Shown here: piece after piece, positions 52,866-64,000 of the stretch
How positions within the stretch are numbered: position 1 is the stretch's first letter
How the letters are laid out: the number at the start of each line of letters is the position of its first letter
NCBI GenBank assembly: GCA_977016875.1
Contig: CDRNST010000251.1
Coordinates: 1,302,001-1,366,000 of the forward strand
Direction of reading: 5' to 3'
DNA: 64,000 nt
From: Pavona decussata
Taxonomy: Eukaryota
Translations under genes and position numbers: made by a program
Notes under the pieces: model-generated
What the model was told of the DNA's origin: nothing
Database searches by the model: none
Seen by the model: only the letters and a program-made list of their open reading frames with translations

Positions 52866-55364
52866 ATGTCCCGAAGAGTTTTCGACAGCGTTGATTTGAG
52901 CGATTTCCCTCCTGATTTTGCTTGCGAGGTTTGGTAAGTCAAGAAAACTGAAGTTCCCTTTTCAATTCAAAAACCGATTGAGAGTATTTTCTTGTGTTCG
53001 TTGCAGTACGTATCCAATGGTTAACGCACAAACATCCAATCCATGTGGCCACTCAATTTGTGGTCACTGCTCCGAGGAACTTAAAAAAAAGGGGAACAAA
53101 ACCTGCCACAAGTGCCGACAGCAAAGGATTGGTTTTTGCCGCAATATTTTCGCGGAACAGTTGTTAGAAAAGATCAAAGTTAAATGCAATGGATGCAGCG
53201 AACAAGTTGCCGTAAATGACGTGGCCGTCCACGTGCGACAGTGTACAGAGGTTGAAATCGAGTGTGATCTTTGCAAGCATACAATGAAACGAAGTGAGGA
53301 AGAAAGGCACCAGGAAACATGCCCCAAAGGAGAAGTGAAGTGCAAGTGCGGGCTTAAGTTGAAGCGCGAAGAAGAAGAGCTGCACAAAGAAACCATGTGC
53401 AATATGACCAAAGTCCCTTGCCCCCTGGGCTGTGAGCTAATGGTAGAGAGGTATGGCGGTAACAGAAATCTCTCTGTATTTTGCCTTAATCTTTTGTTTC
53501 TGCGTTACAGTTGCGCTGAACTAAAACAGCGTTTCTAAAATGATATAGCCTTGGCATTTAGAAGATCGATAAGTTATACTGTATCACAGTACCTTAGCGG
53601 GGATCACACAAAGCCGCAAACCGCGGGCCAGTAAAGTAACAAGTTAATAGTTTCACCGGGCCATTGTTGTTCCTGCATTACAACCAGATCCTTCTCTGCA
53701 GACAAAATCGCCTTTCCGGCAAGTGCGAATGTCGGACATTTGATTAAAATTGTACGTTATGGCTAAATTAACGTTTTATTGGCGGCCTAAAACCACGCTT
53801 AGGAAGTTGTTTCCTCATAGTGGTGACCGCAGTTCTAGAGAGAGTTGATTATAGTCCTACTCGTTATCTTTGCTAAATATGGCTATGCGAAATAACAATC
53901 TTAAGCGTCGATTAAATCTATTATAGAATGTGGATCATTACTGGAAAACTTTTCAAGAAACTTATCAATTTATTTGAACGCGACTTTTCTGCTAAATCAG
54001 TTGGTAATTTTGACTTCCTGATTCTTACAAAAAAAATGTGTACACGAATTAGTAGCCTTTTTAAGGATGTCTTCAATTTCGTATTTTCTCATAATAACAA
54101 GCTAAAACAAACAAACTAACATTGAACAATATTTTATGATCCCCTCTCTCAAGATATCTAGTGCCGTCACATTGTTTGACATGCAAGAAAACGATTGAGG
54201 AGTGCAAGGTGGCTGGCTGCGGCCACAATGTAAGACGACAAGATTTGCAAAAGCACACCGAAGACCAGCAGCAAAGACATCTGCGACTTTTACAAGCCGA
54301 GAAATCAAGCATCCTGTGGAACGCGGAGAGGGTAGGCGAGAGAAACTGAAAACATATATAGTATATTTACATATAATGAAATAATGAATTGAAGACTTCA
54401 TCAGCTATTAACGTGCTCAATAGATAAACTAGGGTAATATGTAGATTTTCATAGTTGGATTATTTGGTCGAAGACATTTATTGCTACTCAGAGTTTCATG
54501 GGGATAAAACATAGTGGAAAATAACTATGTACAAGACTTACATAGCCTAATTCAAAAACGAAGTTTAAATTCTACAGGAAAATTTTGAATTCATGGCATG
54601 ATGAGGTCTGTAAATTATTTTATTGCTCGTGGAATGGTTGCCCCGAAAATTGGACGAGAACGAAAACATGCGTTAAAAAAAAACCGTTTACAAAATGGAA
54701 AAAAGAGACGCCAACAAATAACAGAGACACGGATAATAAAACAAATGCACTAAAATTCCAGTACGAAATCCCGGGACGGTTGTTTTGTGTATTTTGTTGT
54801 TTGTGTTTTCCTAAACATTTTAGGTTGGTTTGGGCTAACTATCGGATTTGCTTGATAGTCAAGAGTTTAAAATCAATAGGCCGTGTTACCGGGAGGAAGT
54901 CTGTGGGAGTGAGTGACTGTATTGATAATTCTGAAATGTAGCGAATATGTAATGGTAAAATAAGAGGTGGAAATTTTGTAGCAAGTTAATGAAAATCTAT
55001 TTCACACACAAACACACCATACTTTGCGCAGACGAAGCTACAAAACAAATAATGAACAATTTGCGTTTATTGTAGGGGTTATTAGGTGTTAAAGCAATCC
55101 GAACCAGCCAGAAATGCGTTTTCCAGTGGAAAATTCCTACGGGGATGAACGGCAAAGTAAAGTCTCCCATCTTTACAAAATTTGAGAGGCGGTGGCAACT
55201 TTTATGTGACGGGAGAGAAATCAGTTTATGTTACGTTCAAGGCCTGGAACCTATAGCGGTTGTCCTGACGTAAGTTTTTACTGCCATAATAATGATAATA
55301 ATTACTCCATCCCCTGACACCATCCTCGAGCCAAAAATGTCCACATAATGTACTGATACTGAAA

Positions 55365-55411
<47 letters not shown>

Positions 55412-56275
55412 AGATATAACTAATATAGAGAAATTGTTAACACTTCATTTTGTCCCTGGACCAGCTTGTTAGTTTGCTTTAATTGGACAACCGTCTTACC
55501 TCGCAGATTTTTCTCCACTGTGCCATGGAATTATCTTGTTGGCCGTTAAGTTATTAAAAAGGAAATATTAGAAGAAATATGGCACACCATAAGTTGCAAG
55601 AAAAAACACCTCAAAATAAACCTTTTATGGCTATATTCTATATAACTCCCAAAAAATAGATGGCATTCAATTAAATACCAAGAGCACTTGCTAAAATCTA
55701 CCTTCTCGGCATAGTTTTAATTTTAAACAGCGCAAAAATATCCCTGTATTAGTAGGCACCACCCATAGGACACCCGAGTGCTAGGGATGCACAGAACGTA
55801 TGGGCAGTGATAAGCACAAGCGCTATCGTATCATCGACTTTGTTGTTTTAAAAAAAGAAATTGGCGTAACCATGCATTTTTCAGAGATATAAAGCTTCGT
55901 AGTGATCAGTACTATACATTCCTTAGTATTCTATCACTCTAAGAATTACTGTTTCTTATTTTTCACATAAAAAGGATTCCCATAGCCCTGGCTAAAATCT
56001 GCTTTTTTTCTGCATAGTAATAAACTGCGCAAAAATACCTCTGTATTTGTAGGCACCATCCTTAATACTCAGAAACAAAAGAGCTTAATAATATCTCTTT
56101 CAACAGTTTCATTGTGAAGACCAGTGGCGGCCGGAAGCTTTTATTCAGAGACGGCATGGCGTTCAGGGTGATAATGAAAGAAGGGGAAAAAGTGGATATC
56201 CAGAATGTAGATGACCCGGAAGTAATCACCGTGAAAATTGAGGTGACAGAGCCCGCATACAGGAAAAATCTGTAA
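52866..56275 (+). CDS. TRAF-like E3 ligase (RING + TRAF zinc fingers + short coiled coil + reduced MATH-like domain), 5 exons (52866-52933, 53007-53450, 54154-54331, 55076-55269, 56107-56275), ~350 aa
   Basis: C3HC4 RING CEVC...CGHSICGHC...CHKC; repeated C..C...H...C fingers; C-terminal CVFQWKI...KSPIF...RRWQL. GT-AG introns give a 1053-nt open frame. Confidence 0.88.
55362..55412. repeat. (AAAT)n microsatellite in a TRAF intron
   Basis: Perfect tetranucleotide run. Confidence 0.95.
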
Positions 56276-56929
56276 TTCACAAGTCTATATTTTTTCTCCT
56301 TTTGTTTCAAATTTTGGATTTTTTTACGATCATTTTTTCTTTTCTTTTCTTTTGAGGAGGGAAACAGATTTCTGTTTTAATATTGTTTTGCACATAATGA
56401 TTTTGGCTACTCCATTTTATAAGCCTCCTCGTTCAAATGATAAATGTATACTTGTGAACAGGGCCACTGTCATTTCAATTTTTCTCAACACGCTACGAAG
56501 TCCTCTATTAAAATGGCTTCCAGTAAAATTTCCTCTAATATCGTGTAGTAAATCTACTAATCAAACTTGCCAGTCTACAGAATAGAGCGGTTTTCAATTG
56601 TGTCGACAGTACTTTCGCGTTTGCCTTGGTTTAGCTTTAGTACGCTCTGTGATTACTTACCAAAATTCGGGCCATTTTCTCAACCAAGCAAAACCGAGTA
56701 TGAATATCTGTCGTGGGTCGTGGGTCGTGGGTCGTGGGTGGGGGTAAAAGTCGTGGGTAAAAACCAAAACCAATCATGCCTCGTTCGTACGAGTTTTCGC
56801 GCGCGTGGCATGTATTTGCCTTGTGATTGGTCAACGCAATCGTTTTACTGATTTTACGAAACTAAATTGAAAACCCTTCTCGTCTGACTAGATTAAGAGA
56901 TAAAAAGTAGCATCAATTATAAATAATAG

Positions 56930-57250
56930 ACTGATTATTCATTGATAATCGATGGGTAATCGATAACTAATTGACAAGTTTTCTCTCGGAGTAAACGTTT
57001 CCCCTCTAAGGCCGTTGTTTTGACCTATATACATGTAAATAAAAAATTACTTGTATTTCTTTATTTTCCATTAAGTATGGTTTGTGTAGCCACGAGAATT
57101 ATATCGATCGCTAAAAAATACAATCAACAGCTAATCGCTGGCTGCCAATTTCGTGGCCTATCGATTTCCTGTTACTCATTGATCACCAATCGATTACACA
57201 ATTAATACTCAATGATTTCATTGACGTTGAATTGACAGTTAGTCTATACC
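56930..57250. repeat. ATCGAT-rich dispersed repeat remnant
   Basis: gataatcgatgggtaatc is the reverse complement of gattacccatcgatta at ~43030. Confidence 0.55.
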
Positions 57251-58099
57251 GGAAGTATTAATGTCAGAGAAGTAGTAAGCTGAAGAGATTTCAATTATTA
57301 GTTGACTTTGCGTACATCAGAAGTAGTTGTTATCGTACACGCTTTCTGGTGAGCTCAAGTGTTGAAGTACATGCCAAGGTCCCCTAACTCGTCTAAACAC
57401 GTCACTGGCACCCTGGCATAAGATAATGGATGTGAATGCGTTCCCTGTAGCTCGTAATATGCACGTTTAATAGTCCTTCCATGTTTCAAAATCTTAACAA
57501 TGGTATACTTGACTGCTTATCTGCATTAATAATCTGTATATAGCTGTACATATGTACATGTTTACTGTTGTGTTCTAAAGTCATAACAATGACCTATCAG
57601 ACTGGATATCTACATGAATCTTTTGTATATAGATGTACGTACTATTTGCAACATATTTTGCACCAGATTACTCATTTCATTACTCATCATTCATTACTTT
57701 CAATGGTTCGCATCCTTTCATCGGTATGATATCCAAATTTCAAAAGGACCCAATAATCAATGGATTAGGCATACTAATCTGCACAAAAGTCTGCGAATAA
57801 ATTGCACGTTTTGTTTATACGCTTTGGTCTCTAATGTTTCTGTCTTTATAACACAGTTATCGCTTCTTGATAGTCAGTTTGGATAGAAATCAAATTAAAA
57901 TAACATTAGCGTTGGCCGTAAACGCGAAGCTACATCTCTCTATTGTAGCTTCAAACGGATGCTTCAATTAGTAAAGTCTCTGCGTCATACGGTGGCAGTT
58001 TTATTAAGTCAGCATTTTTGAAGAGTCTTGAAGACTGTGTCGGCGTTTTAAGGACTAGTATAAACGAAGTTGTAAGGGAATGTTTTTATAATAATCTTT

Positions 58100-59928
58100 T
58101 TTTTTATAAACGGCGTTTATAAGGCGTCTTATAATCGCCGTTTATAAGGAGTCTTATAATCGCCGTTTATAAGGAGTCTTATAATCGCCCTTTTTATAAG
58201 GCGTCTTAAAATCGCGGTTTATAAGGCGTCTTAAAATCGCAGTTTATAAGGCGTCTTAAAATCGCCGTTTATAAGGAGTCTTATAATCGCCGTTTGTAAG
58301 ATGTCTTATAATCGCGGTTTATAAGGCGTCTTATCATCGCGGTTTATAAGGCGTCTTAAAATCGCGATTTATAAGGCGTCTTAAAATCGCCGTTTATAAG
58401 GCGTCTTAAAATCGCAGTTTATAAGGCGTCTTAAAATCGCGGTTTGTAAGGAGTCTTATAATCGCGGTTTATAAGGCGTCTTAAAATCGCCGTTCATAAG
58501 GCGTCTTATAAGCGCCGTTTTTAAGGCGTATTATAATCGCGGTTTATAAGGCGTCTTAAAATTGCGGTTTATAAGGCTTCTTAAAATCGCGGTTTATAAG
58601 GCGTCTTAAAATCGCAGTTTTTTAAGGCGTCTTAAAATCGCCGTTTATAAGGCGTCTTAAAATTGCGGTTTATAAGGCTTCTTAAAATCGCGGTTTATAA
58701 GGCGTCTTAAAATCGCAGTTTATAAGGCGTCTTAAAATCGCCGTTTATAAGGCGTCTTAAAATCGCAGTTTATAAGGCGTCTTAAAATCGCGGTTTGTAA
58801 GGAGTCTTATAATCGCGGTTTATAAGGCGTCTTAAAATCGCCGTTCATAAGGCGTCTTATAAGCGCCGTTTTTAAGGCGTATTATAATCGCGGTTTATAA
58901 GGCGTCTTAAAATCGCGGTTTATAAGGCGTCTTAAAATCGCAGTTTTTTAAGGCGTCTTAAAATCGCCGTTTATAAGGCGTCTTAAAATTGCGGTTTATA
59001 AGGCTTCTTAAAATCGCGGTTTATAAGGCGTCTTAAAATCGCAGTTTATAAGGCGTCTTAAAATCGCCGTTTATAAGGAGCCTTATAATCGCCGTTTGTA
59101 AGATGTCTTATAATCGCGGTTTATAAGGCGTCTTAAAATCACCGTTCATAAGGCGTCTTATAAGTGCCGTTTATAACGCGTATTATAATCGCCGTTTATA
59201 TAATCGCGGTTTTTAAGGAGTCTTAAAATCGCGGTTTGTAAGGAGTCTTATAATCCCTGTTCATAAGGCGTCTTATAATCGCCGTTTATAAGGCGTCTTA
59301 AAATCGCGGTTTATAAGGCGTCTTAAAATCGCGGGTTATAAGGAGTCTTACAATCGCGGTTTGTAAGGAGTCTTAGAATCCCTGTTCATAAGGCGTCTTA
59401 TAAGCGCCGTTTATAAGGAGTCCAAGGAGTCTTGGAGTCTTATAATCCCTGTTCATAAGCAGTCTTATAAGCGCGGTTTGTAAGAAGTTTTTTAATCGCC
59501 GTTTATAAGGAGTCTTATATTCGCGGTTTGTAAGGAGTCTTATAATCGCCGTTTATATGGAGTCTTATAATCGCGGTTTGTAAGGAGTCTTACAATCCCT
59601 GTTCATAAGGCGTCTTATAACCGCCATTTGTAAAATGTCTTATAATCTCCGTTTATAAGGCGTCTTGTAATCGCCGTTTGTAATATGTCTTATAATCGCC
59701 GTTACATAAGGCGTCTTATAATCGCTGCTTATGAGAAGTCTTATAATCAAGGACTATTACAATTCACGTTTATAAGGAATGTTGGAAGCCGTTAACGTTC
59801 ATAAGGTCTTTTTTCAGTTATGTATGTATATAGAGTCGTTTGTTGGCACTGAGTTATATACGGTGGTCATTTGTTATATCACTAGCCCTTTTTATATAAG
59901 GGTCTGTGCCCAGCTACTGATAATGATC
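58100..59928 (-). repeat. Right arm: 25-bp tandem array plus ~125-bp terminal inverted repeat
   Basis: Reverse complement of 23810-25560; ends ...GGGTCTGTGCCCAGCTACTGATAATGATC at 59928. Confidence 0.93.
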
Positions 59929-60028
59929 CTTTTCGTGTCTAATCAATACGGGGTTTTAGGAAGACGGGGCACTAGTGTAGCTGAGAATGAAAGATTATCC
60001 GAGTATCTTTATTGTGTCAAAATATTTA

Positions 60029-60807
60029 GGGCCTGTTCACATGGCGGTGGGGGACCCCGGGAAGGTGAGGTACCCCATCTACCCGGGGTCAGAAAAAAAC
60101 AGGCCTTCAAATGCAACCCCGGGGCGCTGGGGTGAGGTTTAAAAAGCTATTGCGTGGTCGCTAAGTACATATATCAACAAAGAATTCAGAGACAATTGCC
60201 CGGACGAACATCACCCCACCCCACCTCCAGCATTCACACGGAGAAAACTCACCCCAGCTAAGCGGGTTACCCGCCTCGGCTGACCGGGCAATATGGCTCG
60301 GTGAGGTACCCCACTTTTTGTGAACGCGACCAAGAAATAAAGAGAGATTGTATGGAGAGATTGGTAACCCCACCGAGGCGGGGTACCTCACCTTCCTGGG
60401 GTCCCCCACCTCCATGTGAACAGGCCCTTAGGGGGACCCCGGGAAGGTGAGGTACCCTGCCTCGGTGGGGTTACCAATCTCTCCATACAATCTCTCTTTA
60501 TTTCTTGATTGCGTTCACATGTGAAGTAGGGTACCCCACCGAGGCGGGTTGCCCGGTCAGCCGAGGCGGGTAACCCGCTTAGCTGGGGTGAGTTTTCTCC
60601 ATGTGAATGCTGGAGGTGGGGTGGGGTGATGTTCATCCGGGCAATTGTCTCTGAATTCTTTGTTGATATCTGTACTTAGCGACCCCGCGATAGCTTTTTA
60701 AACCTCACCCCAGCAACTCGGGGTTGCATGTGAAGGCCTGTTTTTTCTGACCTCGGGATAGGGTACCTCACCTTCCCGGGGTCCCCCACCGCCATGTGAG
60801 CAGGCCC
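60029..60807. mobile_element. PIF/Harbinger MITE inverted dimer (60029-60427 plus 60431-60807)
   Basis: TIR GGGCCTGTTCACATGG; TTA at 60026-60028, 60428-60430 and 60808-60810. The second unit is an inverted copy lacking ~20 terminal bases. Confidence 0.88.
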
Positions 60808-61384
60808 TTACACTGACAACAAATGACAAAATCGAAGTAGCTACCTTTGATTGATTACCAGGAAAACCACAGAGAATAAGAAATGAATTCAAGTGTCGTT
60901 AAAACAAAAATAACTGAACGTTTTTGGGATGCTACGATCAGACTTCTATGCGAGTTAATCCTTTCCAGCTGTAATGGGGTACGGAGATTGGTAGAGAGCA
61001 GTGACTTAACGACATGGAAAATTTCAAGACTTTGGACCTGTAAATGGACAATGTTATGGTGGTTTACATTTATTTCGAGAAATTATTGCTGTCTTTTTTT
61101 TCCATGGAAATACTCAATTTTCTAAACTGCCATAAAATTTCACTCGTGAAAATCCGTAGGGTCAAAACTGACAGTCGTGCTCATTTCACTGTATAGCCTT
61201 TGAACAGACTCCTTAGTGGGGTGTAGAACGAGGAGAAACTATATCCCTTTTGGGAGGTTGTTTACCGGCTAATTTCACTGCGTTCTATTTATTTGTAACT
61301 TTACAGCTCATTTTAGAACGGTCGAATGATATCTTGCCGGACTTTTTAAAATCGTTGTTGTTACGTAGCTATTAATTTGATTAA

Positions 61385-62374
61385 CCCTTTCACTGCCAAA
61401 TTTCTTGGACCCTCTGGACAATTATCTCGAAGTAGATGACCAAAACGGATTTAGCTGTCCTATATGAAGATCTCCTTTGAAATGTTCGCTGTTCTGCAAT
61501 AACGAGGACTCAAGTTTATTTGTGACGTTACCTATTTGAACCGTTGTTGTTACAAACACATTCTAATCGGTAAGTTGTCGGTTTATAAGTGTACTTTCGG
61601 GCCATTTTCCACTGCAGAAGCTCCCAGGCTGGCATCATAAAGCTGGAATGGAGAGTAGAGGCAATTCTCTGAAAGAATCCAGAGGTGAGAGATGATTTCA
61701 TAGCGACTGGGACGCCAAAAGTGTTCGTATCGAGTCATGGTGGCTCACGAGTGAAGTTGTCTCTCTGGCCGTTCTGTGGGTGGATTCTCGGACCTACCTA
61801 GGCAATTTGGAGGAGATTTGACTTGCAAAGAAAACGATATGTGCGATATTTTGCCAGTAGGACCGGGTGGCTCGACACTACTGAATTAAGATGGCGGAAC
61901 CTCCATTTCGTCGTTGTATCGAAATTACCCAGAATGCAGCTCGGGCGGCAAAGGGGAAATCATGGGCTTTGAAAAGTGGCTCGAATCAAATAGCTGATGT
62001 TCGAACAGCTGTACGCGTGAAGGGCAAAATTGGAGATAAATGCTTAGTCATGAGATTAAGGTTTGCTGCCATGAAGGAATTTTGGTTTTAAAATGAGAGT
62101 TTGAATTAAAAAATTGGAAGGAAAGATGTGTGTTTTTCAGCTTTGTCGATGCAGCAGAAAACGGGCATTTTTGGTTTTGCTTGAAAATAAATGTTGATAT
62201 GGAACGGCAAACGGAAGATAAACTCAGTTTATTTGCTCTTAAAGCCTAAAACACTTACTAATTAACACTATTAGTAGACCATAATAACCAGATTTCTGGA
62301 TTTTAGAACGTGGCCAATCTTGAAAGTGGTAGCCTCTAAAACAGCGACATTAGTCGCCTTTAGCGGTGAAAGGG
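61385..62374. mobile_element. piggyBac-type MITE
   Basis: TTAA-CCCTTTCACTGCCAAA...TTTAGCGGTGAAAGGG-TTAA. Confidence 0.9.
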
Positions 62375-62545
62375 TTAACAGACTGATTTTGAAGCTTAAG
62401 GAAGGTGTCTCATAATGCAGAGGTCTTTTTGCACAGTTTATCACCCGGTTACACGAGAAAAACAGATCTTAATTAGTAAGGGTTATAGAAATTCAAAAAC
62501 AAAATAATTCTAAAACGCTTTAAAATGCAAAACAATGTATCGATT

Positions 62546-62834
62546 GCGCAATGGAATAAATGTGATGGAATTTTTTTTAAGACTGGTGATTAAATGAGGA
62601 TGATGTATTATTCAGTAAGTAACACAGGCATACTCTGAAAAAAGTCCGAGTGCTCCTATCAGGAGTCGAACCTAAGACCTTCCAGTTGCTAGTTCGGATA
62701 ATCTACCACTGAGCTACAGAAGACTCATGGGAGCTAAGGCCATTAAACTAGGTTCTTGGGGCAAACAACCTGCATACTGCTAGGATAGGGATGTCATGTG
62801 TGGCATACGCGCAATGGAATAAATGTGATGGAAT
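62546..62834 (-). mobile_element. tRNA-derived SINE-like unit bounded by 26-bp direct repeats
   Basis: Minus strand GTAGCTCAGTGGTAGA...GGTTCGACTCC; gcgcaatggaataaatgtgatggaat at both ends. Confidence 0.7.
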
Positions 62835-63009
62835 AATGTATGCCGATTAATATTATGTTCCAAAAATGGAAGTTGAAATAACTTAGAAGAATTCGTGCTT
62901 AACCCCCCACCACCCCAAATTTATTATTTCAATACCCCCTTGTGATCTTTTTTTTTTTTTTTTACTTAGTCATGATCCACGCAAAACTACTTTCAATTAC
63001 CTTCGTTAA

Positions 63010-63419
63010 AGTGCCTATGAAGTGGAAAATTTCTTGTTCTAATATGATAGTTTATTATTTTCTGATTCTTAATATCTAGGTTTTAGGCGGTAAAATATTC
63101 ACAACGCAAAATAAATCGAACCGAAAGTCTCAAATTTGGTACCTAAAAGTGTCTCCATCTTGCGCGCGGCCAAAACGATGCATTACAAAGCTATGACGTA
63201 GTAAATACTTCAGAAGTGAAAAGTAAACAACTCTTCGAGCCATTTGCTACGTCATCAGCATTGTCTTGAGTCCACGGGACACGATTTAGTGAATTTTGAG
63301 GTTCTTCGGAGGGCGAAAAATGTCGGTTTTAGCCGCTTTTGACAAGTTTCTTTTGTCATTTCGTAATCAGAACATAACAAGCTTCAAAAATACGATAAAA
63401 AATTTACTTCAGAGGCACT
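63010..63419. mobile_element. Kolobok-like MITE with TTAA TSD
   Basis: TTAA-AGTGCCTATGAAGT...ACTTCAGAGGCACT-TTAA. Confidence 0.85.
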
Positions 63420-64000
63420 TTAAGAAATCAGAGTTTCTCGGACAAGGTGCGCAGAACGTTTGCGCAGTAGAAAAAGGAGACACCGTCCTTAATTCAATGA
63501 ATGCCCTTAGTAACCTACATTGATTGCTGTTCATTATTATCATTTGCCTTAAAACATTAAGTGTAAGACAATTCATTAATTTGTTTACCCACTGCCCCGT
63601 CCCCTAGGGTAAATTGCCTTTAGTGTAACTTTCGCGAAAACATGAGCATGCGATCTCATTGAGTTGCTCGTTAGTCGTTGTAACTCTCCAAAACTTTGCT
63701 TTGATAGCGTTGTTTGTTAATGGGGTGAGATAAATTAAATATCATCGGTATAAAGACTTAAAACGCTTTAGTCTGGTCCCAGTAACAAAACCTTCGTAAA
63801 CAATCAAGTACCTCCAGGATTTTGAACGAAATAGGGAATCCACTGACGCTACGGCTACCGACGGGCCACAAAGCGCTTGCCGGGATAAAGCGCGGGGACC
63901 GGCTCTTAATTTGTTATAGACAGGGGCGTTTCTCTCGCGCGGCAAGGCATGTTTTATACTGTCGAATCTCCCTTTGCGACCACCTCTCCTTAGCGAGTAG

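Larger units (their letters stand above)
23810..59928. mobile_element. Candidate ~36.1-kb giant TIR (foldback-type) element containing a Merlin transposase and cargo genes
   Basis: Inward-facing ~1.75-kb inverted arms both ending in GATCATTATCAGTAGCTGGGCACAGACCC; intact DDE transposase inside; no clear TSD. Confidence 0.55.

Overview
AT-rich, intron-rich eukaryotic genomic DNA. The gene families and repeats suggest a cnidarian, probably a scleractinian coral (inference). (1) Bases 1-18.4 kb hold two tandem paralogues of a very large ankyrin-repeat gene. The second can be spliced by hand, with consistent intron phases, into an unusual GT4 glycosyltransferase + TRADD-N-like + ~35 ankyrin-repeat architecture. 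Its GT exon is split by a TTAA-flanked MITE and its 5' end is replaced by Kolobok and Penelope debris. (2) Bases 23810-59928 form a ~36.1-kb segment bounded by ~1.75-kb inverted arms, each a ~125-bp terminal repeat plus a 25-bp tandem array. It encloses an intact three-exon Merlin/IS1016-type transposase, a divergent multi-exon unknown gene and an intact five-exon RING-TRAF gene with a miniature MATH-like domain. This is a candidate giant cargo-carrying DNA transposon, but no target-site duplication is visible. (3) The rest is nested TE debris: Harbinger, Tc1/pogo, piggyBac, Kolobok-like MITEs, hAT, Crypton, BEL/Pao, SINEs, a hammerhead motif and satellites. All exon models, counts and family calls are by-eye and need HMM and RNA-seq confirmation.
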